From NCBI RefSeq assembly GCF_006345805.1, contig NW_021833141.1, forward strand, positions 1-29,041: 29,041 bases of DNA. Direction: 5' to 3'. The notes under the pieces were generated by a model. That model saw only the letters and a program-made list of their open reading frames with translations. It did no database searches and was not told where the DNA came from. This document shows positions 12,304-25,566 of this stretch, in pieces. Numbering within the stretch: position 1 is the first letter of the stretch; each line of letters begins with the position of its first letter. The stretch is from Octopus sinensis. Lineage: Eukaryota. Both the position numbers and the translations under genes were made by a program.

Positions 12304-13150
12304 AAAATTGGCCGTATCTGTGTATGCCCCTACCCTGTACTGCTTGACAACCGGTGCTGGTGTGTTTACGTCCTCGTAACTTAGCGGTTCGACAGAAGTA
12401 ACCGACAGAATAAGGACCAGGCTTCAGAAAGTATAGGGATCGAGCCGTTCGACTAAAAACTCTTCAAGGTGGTGCCCCAGCATGGCCGCAATCTGATGAC
12501 TGAAACAAGTAAAAAAGAAAAAGCTAAAAGATATCTATCTCTATGTGTGTGCGTGTGTATGTATTATATATATATACTCTTTTACTCTTTTACTTGTTTC
12601 AGTCATTTGACTGCGGCCATGCTGGAGCACTGCCTTTAATCGAGCAAATCGACCCCGGGACTTATTCTTTGTAAGCCCAGTACTTATTCTATCGGTCTCT
12701 TTTGCCGAACCGCTAAGTGACGGGGACGTAAACACACCAGCATCGGTTGTCAAGCAATGCTAGGGGGACAAACACACACATGCATATATATATTTATATA
12801 TATACACATATACGACAGGCTTCTATCAGTTTCCGTCTACCAAATCCACTCACAAGGCATTGGTCGGCCCGGGGCTTACACCGTTAAACACTGTTATTTA
12901 TAAGATGGATACAAGGTTATAAAATTTCATTCGGGGTACATTTGAGGAAATCTACCCTGGTACTTCACAAGTATTCTTAAATGATTCAAAGCTCATGCCT
13001 TACAAATCTTTCTATGAAAATGTGGAAAAAAAAACTACTTAACAGGAGTTATTTCCCTTGAAGATGTTAATCATCAACTTTTTCCAGTTCTTTTTTTTTA
13101 TTTTTTCGCTAAAATCATTAACTCTGCTGCTGCTCAAAGCCATACATTAC

Positions 13151-13230
<80 letters not shown>

Positions 13231-13896
13231 GTGACCTCGTGTGTACCGTTGGCGATTTTTTTTCCCTCTGTCTTCCCTTCTCTGGATCTTTCTTTCTCCT
13301 ATGTTTCCGACGAAGAGCTCCGCTCGAAACGTTAAACCCTCCTTCTTTCCTTAGCGTCCAATAATACTATATTTGTTCCACGTCCTCGCGTTGTTGTGTT
13401 TTTTTGTGCTTTCTTGTTTGGATTAACTAACTATATACCCAGGCCTATACCCCATTTTATGTAGGAGGGGTAGCCACAACAAGACACACACCAGGCATTC
13501 CATTCCCAACTCAAAGAGGCAAGCCCCATTCTATGTTCGAGTCAAGGCATAGAATGCAACCCCCAATATCAGCAGAGGGGCCCAACAGCATATGCTGGTT
13601 TACAACCCTCCCCCTGCCGCATCATGCTGGTTCCGTACCCCTTTGAGCAACATCGAATTCACTCATCCCTCCACAAACACTCTCCAAGCTTTCCTATCAT
13701 TTACAAACTCTCTTGCCTCTCTCTCTTTCACTCCAAACTCTTCTGACCACCAAAGCTTTCCTCACTCCATCCATCCACACAAACCGAGGTCTGCCTCTGG
13801 TTCTACTACCCACCACTTCTGCCTTCATCACCCCCTTACCATCGGCTCCTCATCTATCCACTCCATGTGGCCAAATATATGTGTGTGTGTGTATAC

Positions 13897-13930
<34 letters not shown>

Positions 13931-14485
13931 ATCTATATATGTGTGTATACATATATATATGTACTATATATATATACGTGTGTGTATATATATATATATA
14001 TATGTGTGCATCTATATATGTATATGTATACATTTATATATGTACGTATATATATATATACGTGTGTGGTGTGTATATATAATATACACTACTGTCAGAA
14101 ATTAATTAGCACCCTTGATTTGCTCTTCACTCAAGGTATGTGCTGTCACCTAGTGGCCATATCTCGAACTATTGCTTTGTTGCGAGTTCACTGTTGCGCA
14201 GAACGATGACGTAACTTGTTTGCAGAGCGTTTGAGAGTCTACAGCCTTATGATGTTGACATAGCAGTGCAACAACAACTTGGAGTGCGGATGCAGACAAA
14301 TCTTCCTTTGTTTAATAGATATAGGTAGCGCCTCGCAAGGACCGAAATCACACCATACTAAGTTTTCTCATCGCGTAAGACGTTTTGAACAGCTCATAGG
14401 TTAATTGATTTAACCTATTTAATGTAGAAATTTGAGAAGTGCTAATTAATTTCTGACGCAAGTGTATATATATATATTATATATA

Positions 14486-14523
<38 letters not shown>

Positions 14524-17500
14524 CTTTTATTCTTTTACTTGTATCATTTCACTGCGGCGATGTTGGGGCACCATTATAATATATATATAATATATATAAT
14601 AGAAAAAGATGGGATTTAAAAAAAAGGCGTAGTTGTGTGTTAAGGAGCTTGCTTCCCAAACGCATGATTCTATGTTCAATCCCAGTCGTGGTACCTTAAG
14701 CAAGTGTTTCTACTATAGGTACGGGCCGACCAAAGCTTTATGAGTGGATTTGGGAGACGGAAACTGAAAGAAGCACATCGTAATGTGTGTGTGTGTGTGT
14801 ATGAAACGAAAATATATGAAGAGAACTAATCCATCTTGGTCAGTGTCCTGTATTCGAACAGTGAGAACATAGAATATCGCAGCAAGTAAATTTAGGATTT
14901 TTTGAAATTCTATTGCTCACTGGTACGTTGTACTCCCTGACTTGAACAGGGGGAGATAATCTCATGAATCAAGAATTTTCCAACATCGTCATATCATTGA
15001 GGAAAAGAACATAGCCGCGAGCATGCTTCTGCCTTCATCTGCTGTCATCAGCACAGCAGGCAGGATATTTAGAAATATATAAAATGTCTAAGACACATTT
15101 ATTGTCTTTAAGTAATACATACACACACACTCTCACACACTCACACAGACACACACACACACCTGTATGTGTTTGTGTGTAAAGATTAGCAGATCTAGTT
15201 TTTGGTACGTAGGCGTCATCATGGAGTTTGGTTTGTGTTTTTATTTTTTATGTTAGGTTTTGGGGTTTGTTTTTGTTTTGTTATATTTAATGTTAATCTT
15301 TTGGTTTTTCTTTTTCTTTTTTGCGAGGGAATTTAGACAATTTCACAATCGCTATAGTTGTTGATGTTGTTGTTGGTGGTGGTCGTCGTCTCCGTTGTCG
15401 TCGTCATAGTGATGTTGAGAGGTACGTGAAGAAGTTTTAGTTTTAATGTTCTATAAATAGACAAGAATATCTGGCTTTTGTTCGGGAGAATGAAGTCGTT
15501 TCCATTCTATCCGCAACAGTACAAACACACACACACACACACACGCATTTATGACATAAACGTGTGTGTGCGTATGTGTTTCTCTTTGTATGTATGCAAG
15601 TATGTATGTGTATACACACACATCCTCTCACACACCTTTTCAAGAAAAAGGACTCTTGTTCATCTCACACAACAGACACTAGCCAGAGGGATAAAATGGC
15701 AGACATATTTTCCTCCTTTCACCCCTGGTGTGTAATACACTTTCTTTGTGCCTTTCATTACTCGTAATCACCACCACCACAACCTCCACCACCACCTCCA
15801 ACCACCACTCTTCGCTGGCGTCGCCTGACTTTCACATGGATTTATTTCATAGTTTATGACAGTGGTTCCCAGCCATTTTTTTTTGTTATCTATGCCTCCC
15901 CCACTTTTTTAAAATACTATTTTATTCTGACGAACCCCCGTAGACATTTGCTCTTTTAAAATCTAGCTTCACTGATACTTCTTTCAAAACACCGATTTTT
16001 TTCACCACACATTCGCTTGTTTGTGTCGGACTACGCAAGACATTAATTAGAGAGAGAAACCTACCTGTTACTTACAATGAATACATCGAACGCAAATGTT
16101 TTCATGGCTCCTTAAAATAAGACTGGAGACCCAATTTACCATTTTGCTTATATAGACCAAAAAGAAATTCTTATAAAGACACCCAGCAATTCTGTTCTAC
16201 TCAAGGCACAAGGCCCGAAATTTCAGAGGAGAATTCCAGTCTATTAGACCGACCCCAGTACGCAACTGGTAGTTAATTTATCGACCCAGTAAGGATGAAA
16301 GGCAAAGTCGACCTCGGCGGAATTTGAACTGAGAACGTAAAACCAGACGAAATACTTATTTCTTTACTGCCCACAAGGGGATAAACACAGAGAGGACAAA
16401 CAAGGACAGACAAACGGATTAAGTTGATTATATCGACCCCAGTGCGTAACTGGTACTTAATTTATCGACCCAGTAAGGATGAAAGGCAAAGTCGACCTCG
16501 GCGGAATTTGAACTCAGAACGTAACGGCAGACGAAATATCGCAAAGTATTTCGCCCGGCGTGCTAACGTTTCTGCCAGCCCGCCGCCTTCACTAAGACAC
16601 CCAGCAAATATATGGACCCCGGTCGAGAACTACTAGTTTATAATCTTCGTACTTAAGGGAAGGGCCATTGCAAGCCAACAGGGGAGCCCCTACAGGGCTA
16701 ACAACGGTACCTCTATGTATGTTTGCAAAGATGCTTGTACATAAACCAGCCACGAGATATATAGCTCAAAAAGAGTTCTCTTTGTGATGAAGCGTTTCTG
16801 TGTTCGGTACCACTACACAGCATTTTGGACAAAAGTCTTCTAACAAAACCATAAGTTAACCAATATTTTGGGAATAGAATTTGGTAGAAGGAAACTGTGC
16901 GATGATTCGTCGTGCGTATGCATGTACATATCTATATGAATGTTGTCGTCTGCTTTTAATTATTTGAACCCTTCTGCAGTTGGTTTCTGACAAAGATAAA
17001 AAGCTCCAATGGTTGGAATGCAGATAACAAAAACAAATTCAGATTTTAAACTTGAGAAATTTCTTCCTGTTCCACTTAGAGACAGTATTTGTAATGTGAA
17101 AGTTGGAGGCGCAATGGCCTAGTGGTTAGGGCAGTGGACTCGCGGTTTCGATTCCCAGACCGGGCGTTGTGAGTGTTTATTGAGCGAAAACACCTAAAGC
17201 TCCACGAGGCTCCGTCAGGGAATGGTGGTGATCCCTGCTGTACTCTTTCACCACAACTTTCTCTCACTCTTACTTCCTGTTTCTGTTGTACCTGTATTTC
17301 AAAGGGCCGGCCTTGTCACTCTCTGTGTCACGCTGAATATCCCCGAGAACTACGTTAAGGGTGCACGTGTCTGTGGAGTGCTCAGCCACTTACACGTTAA
17401 TTTCACGAGCAGGCTGTTCCGTTGATTCGGATCAACCGGAACCCTCGTCGTCGTAACCGACGGAGTGCTAAAGAAGAGAATGTGAAAGTTCGTTCGTTGA

Positions 17501-20500
17501 TTTCTTCCTCCGAAAACCCATGCGTACCAATTATTGTCGGTACAAATGTGATATTATAATCTGCATAGTGGCAGGCGCAGGAGTGGTTGTGTGGTAAGTA
17601 GCTTGCTAACCAGCCACATGGTTCCGGGTTCAGTCCCACTGCGTGGCACCTTGGGCAAGTGTCTTCTGCTATAGCCCCGGGCCGACCAATGCCTTGTGAG
17701 TGGATTTGGTAGACGGAAACTGAAAGAAGCCTGTCGTATATATGTATATATATATATATATATATATAAGTGTTGTGTATATGTTTGTGTGTCTGTGTTT
17801 GTCCCCCTAGCATTGCTTGACAACCGATGCTGGTGTGTTACTTCCCCGTCACTTAGCGCGTTCGGCAAAGAGACCGATAGAATAAGTACTGGGCTTACAA
17901 AGAATAAGTCCCGGGGTCGATTTGCTCGACTAAAGGCGGTGCTCCAGCATGGCCGCAGTCAAATGACTGAAACAAGTAAAAGAGTAAAGAGTATAGAGAA
18001 ACTGGAGGTTTCAAAGCAGTTGTCCATAGTTATCCTCTTTGACTTTCAAAGAGATATTCGCATCTGCAGGACAGCTGACCTCTATGATGGTACATCCTTT
18101 TTCTTATCTGTCCCAAACAACAGTATCTTATGGTAAAGTTCCACTAGTAATCCTTGCGTAGGTGCTTGCGTAGGAATTCAAAAACACCGGGATTCTCCAT
18201 ATTCCTTCCAGAACAAACGTATGCATGTTATTATTCGCTTTTATTTCAAGATTTCTTGCTAATAGAGAAAGAACCGGTTTCTAACCTAGATCCAATGCTC
18301 CTTCATTGGAATTTAAACATCAGCAACAGGGTAATTTTTGTATGTATGTATATATGTATGTTTTATTTTATGTCTGTATTCTCGTGCATATAGTTGTATA
18401 TCTAATCACGCTCGTATATATTTAAATGGTAAACTTCTGGAAAAGTTCAACAGATTTTTACAGTTCCAGTGATGGATTGGATTTGTAGTCTTCGAATTAG
18501 CTTCCTTCTTTCTGGTTTTCGGAAGCATGTACGCAGGTATGTATGTATGTATGTATGTATGTATGTACGTATGTACGTACGTCTGTATGTATGTATATAT
18601 GTATGTATGTACGTCTGTATGTATGTATATATGTACGTCTGTATGTATGTATGTATGTACGTCTGTATGTATGTACGTCCTGTAGGTATGTAGTATGTAT
18701 GTATGTATGTATGTTGTGGTATGTAGTCTGTATGTATGTATGTATGTCTGTATGTATGTATGTACGTCTGTATGTATGTATGTATGTCGTCTGTAGTATG
18801 TACGTCTGTATGTAGTATGTATGTAGTACGTCTCTGTTGTATGTATGTAAGTCTAGTATGTATACGTCTGTATGTAGTGTATGTATGTATGTACGTCGGT
18901 ATGTATGTATGTATGCTATGTATGTATGTACGTCTGTATGTATGTATGTATGTAGTATGTATGTATGTACGTCTGTATGTATGTGTATGTATGTACGTCT
19001 GTATGTATGTATGTGCTGTTGTATGTATGTCTGTATATCTGTATGTATGTACGTTGTATGTATGTATGTATGTATACTGTTTGTATGTAGTATGTACTCT
19101 GGATGTATATTACTATGTATGTATCTTTTCTGTATTGTATGGATGATGTTATGTATATGTATGTATGTATGTAAGGGGAGGAGGAAGAAGAAGGGGGGGG
19201 GAGGAGGAGGAGGATGATGATGTTGATTATAAGCAACAACATAATTTGACAGTTGAAATATGACTTTAAGCAGCGCAATGTTAATGCGTACGTTCACTCG
19301 TGAAATTAACTTGCAACATTCGTTCTGTAATACAGGGTTGGTGGTGTGTGTGTGGGGGAAGAAGGATTATACAATACAGACACGACAGAACGTCGGCAAA
19401 CGGGGATGATTGACGTGGGGCAGGAGCAAAGTTCTGAAGGAGTAAAAAGAGAAGAGGAGGAGGAAGGAGAAGGGGAGGAAGAGGGAGGAGGAGGAAAATG
19501 CATGCTGTGTGTTCTGGTACATAAAAAGCGGTGATTAATTTGTATTTCTCATTATTACGAGATGGAACGGAAGGCAGCAGCGAGCAGGCAGAATCGTTAC
19601 CGCGTCGGACTAAATGCTTAGTTGCATTTCGTCCGTCTTTACATTCTGCCGACGTACAAAACTTCCGCCGACGTCGACTTTGCCTTTCATACTTTCGCGG
19701 TCGATAAAATAAGTACCAGTTACGCACTGGGGTGGTGGGGGTGTGGAGGAATGGGTTTCAACGTAATTGATTATTCCCTCCCATCCCCCACCATCACCAC
19801 CGAAATTTGAAACCATTCTTAAGAAGTGAGGGCGGGGAAGCCGGTAAGCTGGCAGAATCGTTAGCGCGTCGAACAAAATGCTCAACGACATTTCGTCAGC
19901 CTCTACATTCTGAGTTGGAGTTCTGCTGACGTCGACTTCATCTTTTATCCTTTCAAGGTCGATAAAATAACTACCAGTAGAGCACTAGACTCGACGGAAT
20001 CGACTAAGCCATGAAATTCCAGGTCTTGTGCTAGAATTAGAAAGAATTTTTAAAGAACGGGGGATAGGCGCAGGAGTGGCTGTGTGGTAAGTAGCTTGCT
20101 TACCAACCACATGGTTCCGGGTTCAGTCCCACTGCGTGGCATCTTGGGCAAGTGTCTTCTGCTATAGTCCCGGGCCGACCAATACCTTGTGAGTAGATTT
20201 GGTAGACGGAAACTGAAAGAAGCCTGTCGTATATATGTATATATATATATAAGTGTGTGTGTATATGTTTGTGTGTGTGTGTTTGCCCCCTAGCATTGCT
20301 TGACAACCGATGCTGGTATGTTTACGTCACCGTTACTTAACGGTTCGGCAAAAGAGACCGATAAAATAAGTACTGGACTTACAAAGAATAAGTCCTGGGG
20401 TCGATTTACTCGACTAAAGGCGGTGCTCCAGCATGGCCGCAGTCAAATGACTGAAACAAGTAAAAGAGTAAAGAGTATATTACAAAATGCGTAATGGAAT

Positions 20501-21053
20501 AGGTCGTCACCAGTTCAACATATTTAATTTACCAAAACCAGGAATACCCGTCAGAATGGTACAGAACATGCAACACCAATTGTTGGAATACTTCAATTAT
20601 GACTTACCAAAATTCCGATGCCACCTTCCTCTTTGCTCCTTGCCAATTCTTCAGCCCAATTCTGGATTTCCCAATCTCCGGTTAATTTCTCTGGGGTTTC
20701 TTCGAGATTTGAATTGAAATGAGAGAAAACGGAACAAAACGAAAAGAAATAATCAATATATTTAAGCAAAGTCTGTGATTCTCATGCGAGACAAAAATGG
20801 AATATTGGTCGTGGGGTGGGAGAGGGGGGTATCTTCAAGCTGATGCTCCGGTAACACTACACATGCGCAAACACACACAAATATGTACCAGATGAGCACT
20901 GGGGTCAATGTAATCGAGTAGCCCCCCACCCCACCCCAACTCAAAAATCCAAGACTATTGTAAAAAAAAAAAATAATAATAATAATAATAAGAGAAATTA
21001 AGGCCAATAGGCCAGATATAGTTGTCAGAGATGATGAAGAATAATAATAATAA

Positions 21054-21112
<59 letters not shown>

Positions 21113-21599
21113 TAACAACAACAACTAGCGAGACCCGTGAGTATTTCACGGAATTAATGGTAAACTTATTAGATTGTTTCTGAAAACTTTATGCAAAAAC
21201 CTGAAAGCGCAGCCTGTGTTGAGTCTGTTTGGAAAGATGGTCACTCATCTGCTATTCATTGAAAAGTGAAGGAAATTGAAATACGATGAGCAGAAAAGAT
21301 ATCAACTTGACTTGTTTCAAATATTATCAAAGTTTCATCAGAGATTTATTAATCACTTTCTGTCCACTGGGAAAAAAAACGCAGCTTAAAACTATTTATA
21401 ATGTCCGCAAACCTGGACAGAACTAAATTTGTCTGATTTGCACAACCATTGATCCTACTGCCATACAGCGGTGAAATGTATCCATTCAACAACTGCACAG
21501 CTACACAAATTAGGAAGAAGACCAGGTTTTAGGCTGAGCGCCATTGTGTCATCAGTAAATTAAGCAACTGAGGCTACGATATTATGTGTGTGTAAATAT

Positions 21600-21640
<41 letters not shown>

Positions 21641-21839
21641 GGGGGGGGGAGAGTTCACGAACGAAAAAAACAAAAGACGAAGACAGGTGGCGTAGAAAAC
21701 AAACAGATGTATAGTATAACGCTCAGGAATAGAAAAAGTCTTTTACATTTCGAGCCTACGCTCTTCTACAGAAAGGGACACAGAAAAAAAAAACAAGGAG
21801 AGAAAAATGTGTGTAGTGACTACCGATCTATCATGGTGA

Positions 21840-21903
<64 letters not shown>

Positions 21904-21989
21904 GGGGGAGAGAGACAGACAGACAGAGTCAGACAGAGAGAGAGATGTATTTATGCAAATACATGTATATATGCATATGCATATATGTG

Positions 21990-22031
<42 letters not shown>

Positions 22032-22179
22032 CGTACATACATACATACATATACACAAACATACATATATACAAACATACATATATACAAACATACATAT
22101 ATACAAACATACATATATACAAACATACATATATACAAACATAACATATATACAAACATACACATATATATACACACAC

Positions 22180-22212
<33 letters not shown>

Positions 22213-22543
22213 CATATATATATATGTATGCAATATGCGTGCAGTGTCTGAGCGTATCATTACATTAACAGACAATGTTATCAAACGTTATTGCTATCAT
22301 AATTAGGTCCTAAATACTTTCAGGATGATTGCTGGCGGAGGTGGCGAAGGTGGCGAAGGTGGTGGTGGTGGCGAAGGTGGCGGTGGAAGTATTTGTGCCG
22401 GTTGCTGCGGTGATATCTGCAGTTCTCCTGCTGCTGCTGCTGGCGGTGGCGGCGATGGTGGCTGTTTTGGTGTTTTGGTGTTGTACATCTGGTTTTCATC
22501 TGTTTTGGATCAGATTTCACAGCTCTCCTCCTCAACTCCTCCC

Positions 22544-22610
<67 letters not shown>

Positions 22611-23244
22611 TCTTTTCGATATGTTTTCGCTGCTATTTGCAAAAGCAGTACCACCACCATCACTTCCATCATCATCATCACCATCATCGTCATCATCATC
22701 GTCTTCATCCTCATCACCATCATCATACTCTTCCTCCTTTACATTATCATCATACCACCACCATCGCCACAACCACTACACCATCATCATCATCATAACA
22801 ACATCATCACTACCGGCACCAGCATCATTGCCACTTCATCTCTATTGTCACTGCGTGTGCGCGCATGTATATACACATATATGAGGCGCAGGCGTGGTGG
22901 TGTAGTAAGAACTTTGCTTTCGAACCACGTGGTTCCAGGTTCAGTCCCACCGCGTGGAACATTGGGCAAGTATCTTCTACTATAGCCTCAGGTCTATCAA
23001 AGGCTTATGAGCGGATTTGGTAAAAGGAAACTGATGAAGGGTCGTTGTTTATGTTACTCGTCCTGTTTCCCATTTGTTTCTCTCGTTGTTTGCGTATTGA
23101 ACTCATTCGTTTTCGTATTTCATGTTGTTTACTGTTTTACTGCTTGTGACGTCCTGTACTCATATATGCACACACACACATATATATATATAATATAATA
23201 AATAAAATATGCATGATTATATACACATATATGTACATACTTAC

Positions 23245-23304
<60 letters not shown>

Positions 23305-23686
23305 AATATGTACATTACTCGGTAGTCAAGAAAACTCTGAGTTTCAGATGCCGAAGTGGAAATCCACAACAGAGTTTTATCTTGACTTCCGAGTAATGTA
23401 ATATATTATTGTATAGATAAATTTCCTCTATTTACATATTGAGGTCTCTTTCTTTCTTTGTTATCTTACCGTTTTATAATAAGGAGAGTTTACGAAAAAA
23501 AAAAAGACGAAGACAGGTGTGTGTACAAAAAACAAACAGGTATTAGTATAACGCTCAGGAATAGAAAAAAGTCTTTTACGTTTCGAGCCTACGCTCTTCT
23601 ACAGAAAGGGACACAGAAAAAAACAAGAGAGAAACAAGTAGAGGAAAAATGTGCGTAGTAGTTACCGATCTATCATGGCGATATAC

Positions 23687-23776
<90 letters not shown>

Positions 23777-25466
23777 CAACAACACCTCAACGTCTAACCT
23801 TGTTGCCACCACTGGGGAGATACATTAGGAATAGAAAATGGTAGAAGATCTTTCCTTACCGTAGTACAGCTTCACATAGCTTTCCACGTAGTCTTTGATG
23901 GCGTAATAGTAAAGTAAGGCATCGTCACGGAACGGGTAATTTGGAAGAATCGTTTGGTCTAACAACTGCAAAGGAAAAAGAGCTTTCTTTGATTATCTCT
24001 AACACTGCAAAGAATATTGTACAACGTATGGCCATTGTTATTATTATTATTATTGAGTGAGAGAGCAGTGCACGCCATCAAAGTGACACTGGGGTAAAAT
24101 ATACGAAGCCCTGTATATCCATCATATCTAACCGTCTGGTAAGGGTACACTAGGTACATGCATCACAGCCATATGCACGCAACATGGTGATCTCATATCA
24201 AAATAAACAGTACATGACCTTGCAGGTGGGCCCCAGTTAGAATTTTCTTGAGGTCGAGTAGCCCATCCCGCTCAAAAGGTCCCTGAATAAGAGTTGTTTA
24301 AGGATGTTGAACGAAACACCCATATTTCCAAAGGCGAATTATTCAAACCCCAAAGAATTCCTCTCAACACATGGCTATGATGCTCCCCCACTATTTCCGC
24401 TTGTGATCAGAGATGCACATATCGTCAGCCTCCAAGGGACATGCTCAACTGGTTATGGTCAAACAAGTGACAAGCAAATCTGTGGTATTGAGCAGAATAT
24501 TTGCTGTAGTCCATCTTTTATACCAATCAGTTAAGATGAGAACCCATGAAAGCCACTGCCTAGAACTACATCAGGGCATATTATTATCATTAATTATTAT
24601 TATTATTATTATTATTATTAAGGCGGTGAGCCGACACACTCATTAGCGCGCCGAACGAAATACTTAGCGGTATTTCGTCTGTCTTTACGTTCCGAGTTCA
24701 AATACCGCCAAGGTCGACTTTGCCGCTATTCCTTTCGGGGGTCGATAAATTAAGTACCAGTTGCGTACTGGGGTCGACGTAATTGACTAGTACCTCCCCC
24801 AAATTTCAGGCCTTGTGCTTCCAGTAGAAAAGATAATAATAATAATTTCATTTATTTGCCACAAGGGCGAAGGATCAGGGGAACAATACAGAAACAGTCA
24901 TAAAGTCTCTGTATTGTCTCCCTCATCCTTTGCTCTTGTGGCAAATAAATGAAATTATTATTATTATTGAGTGAGAGAGCAGTTCATACCATCAAAGTGA
25001 CACTGGGGTAAAATATACGAAGCCCAGTATACCCATCATGACTACCCGTCTGATAAAGGTACACCAGGCACATGCATCACAACCATATGTGCGTGACATG
25101 GTGATCTCATATCAAGATAAACAGCACATGACCTTGCAGGTGGGGCCCAGTTAGAATTTTCTTCAGGTTGAGTAGCCCATCCCGCTCAAAAGGTCCCTGA
25201 ATAAGGGTTGTTTAAGGATGTTGAAAAAACCACCCATGTTTCCAGAGGTGAATTATTCAAACCCCAAAGAATTCCTCTCGACACATGGCTATGATGCTCC
25301 CCCACTACTTCTGCTTGGGATCAGAGATGCACATATCGTCAGCCACTAAGGGACATGCTCAACTGGTTAAGGTCAAACAACTGACAAGCAAATCTGTGGT
25401 ATTGAGCAGAATATTTGCTGTAGTCCATCTTTTATACCAAGACAAAACAATGCACATGATAACACA

Positions 25467-25504
<38 letters not shown>

Positions 25505-25515
25505 TATTATTATTA

Positions 25516-25566
<51 letters not shown>

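Noticed and set aside
17106-17165. tRNA-like heads of SINE-A/B/D/E as tRNA genes
   Set aside because: A/B boxes only; no complete cloverleaf, and each continues into a SINE body.
18497-19297. 266-aa ORF and other long ORFs (13592-14209, 22329-22985, 10251-10709 etc.)
   Set aside because: Translations of TATG, TG/TA, CT and trinucleotide microsatellites or of SINE/LINE antisense strands; no domain signal.
20691-20693. Alternative in-frame CAG acceptor 9 nt into the LOX exon
   Set aside because: The upstream AAG is the first AG after the pyrimidine tract and preserves the YY-x8-D spacing; the CAG remains possible only as a minor isoform.
24385-24430. CUGACGA...GAAA on the minus strand of repeat F as a hammerhead
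   Set aside because: No G10.1-C11.1 closure, no stem III/NUH, and copy 2 lacks GAAA.
24055-24525. Repeat F as a solo LTR (TG...CA boundaries of the shared segment)
   Set aside because: No 4-6-bp TSD, and non-microsatellite sequence continues past the CA in both copies.
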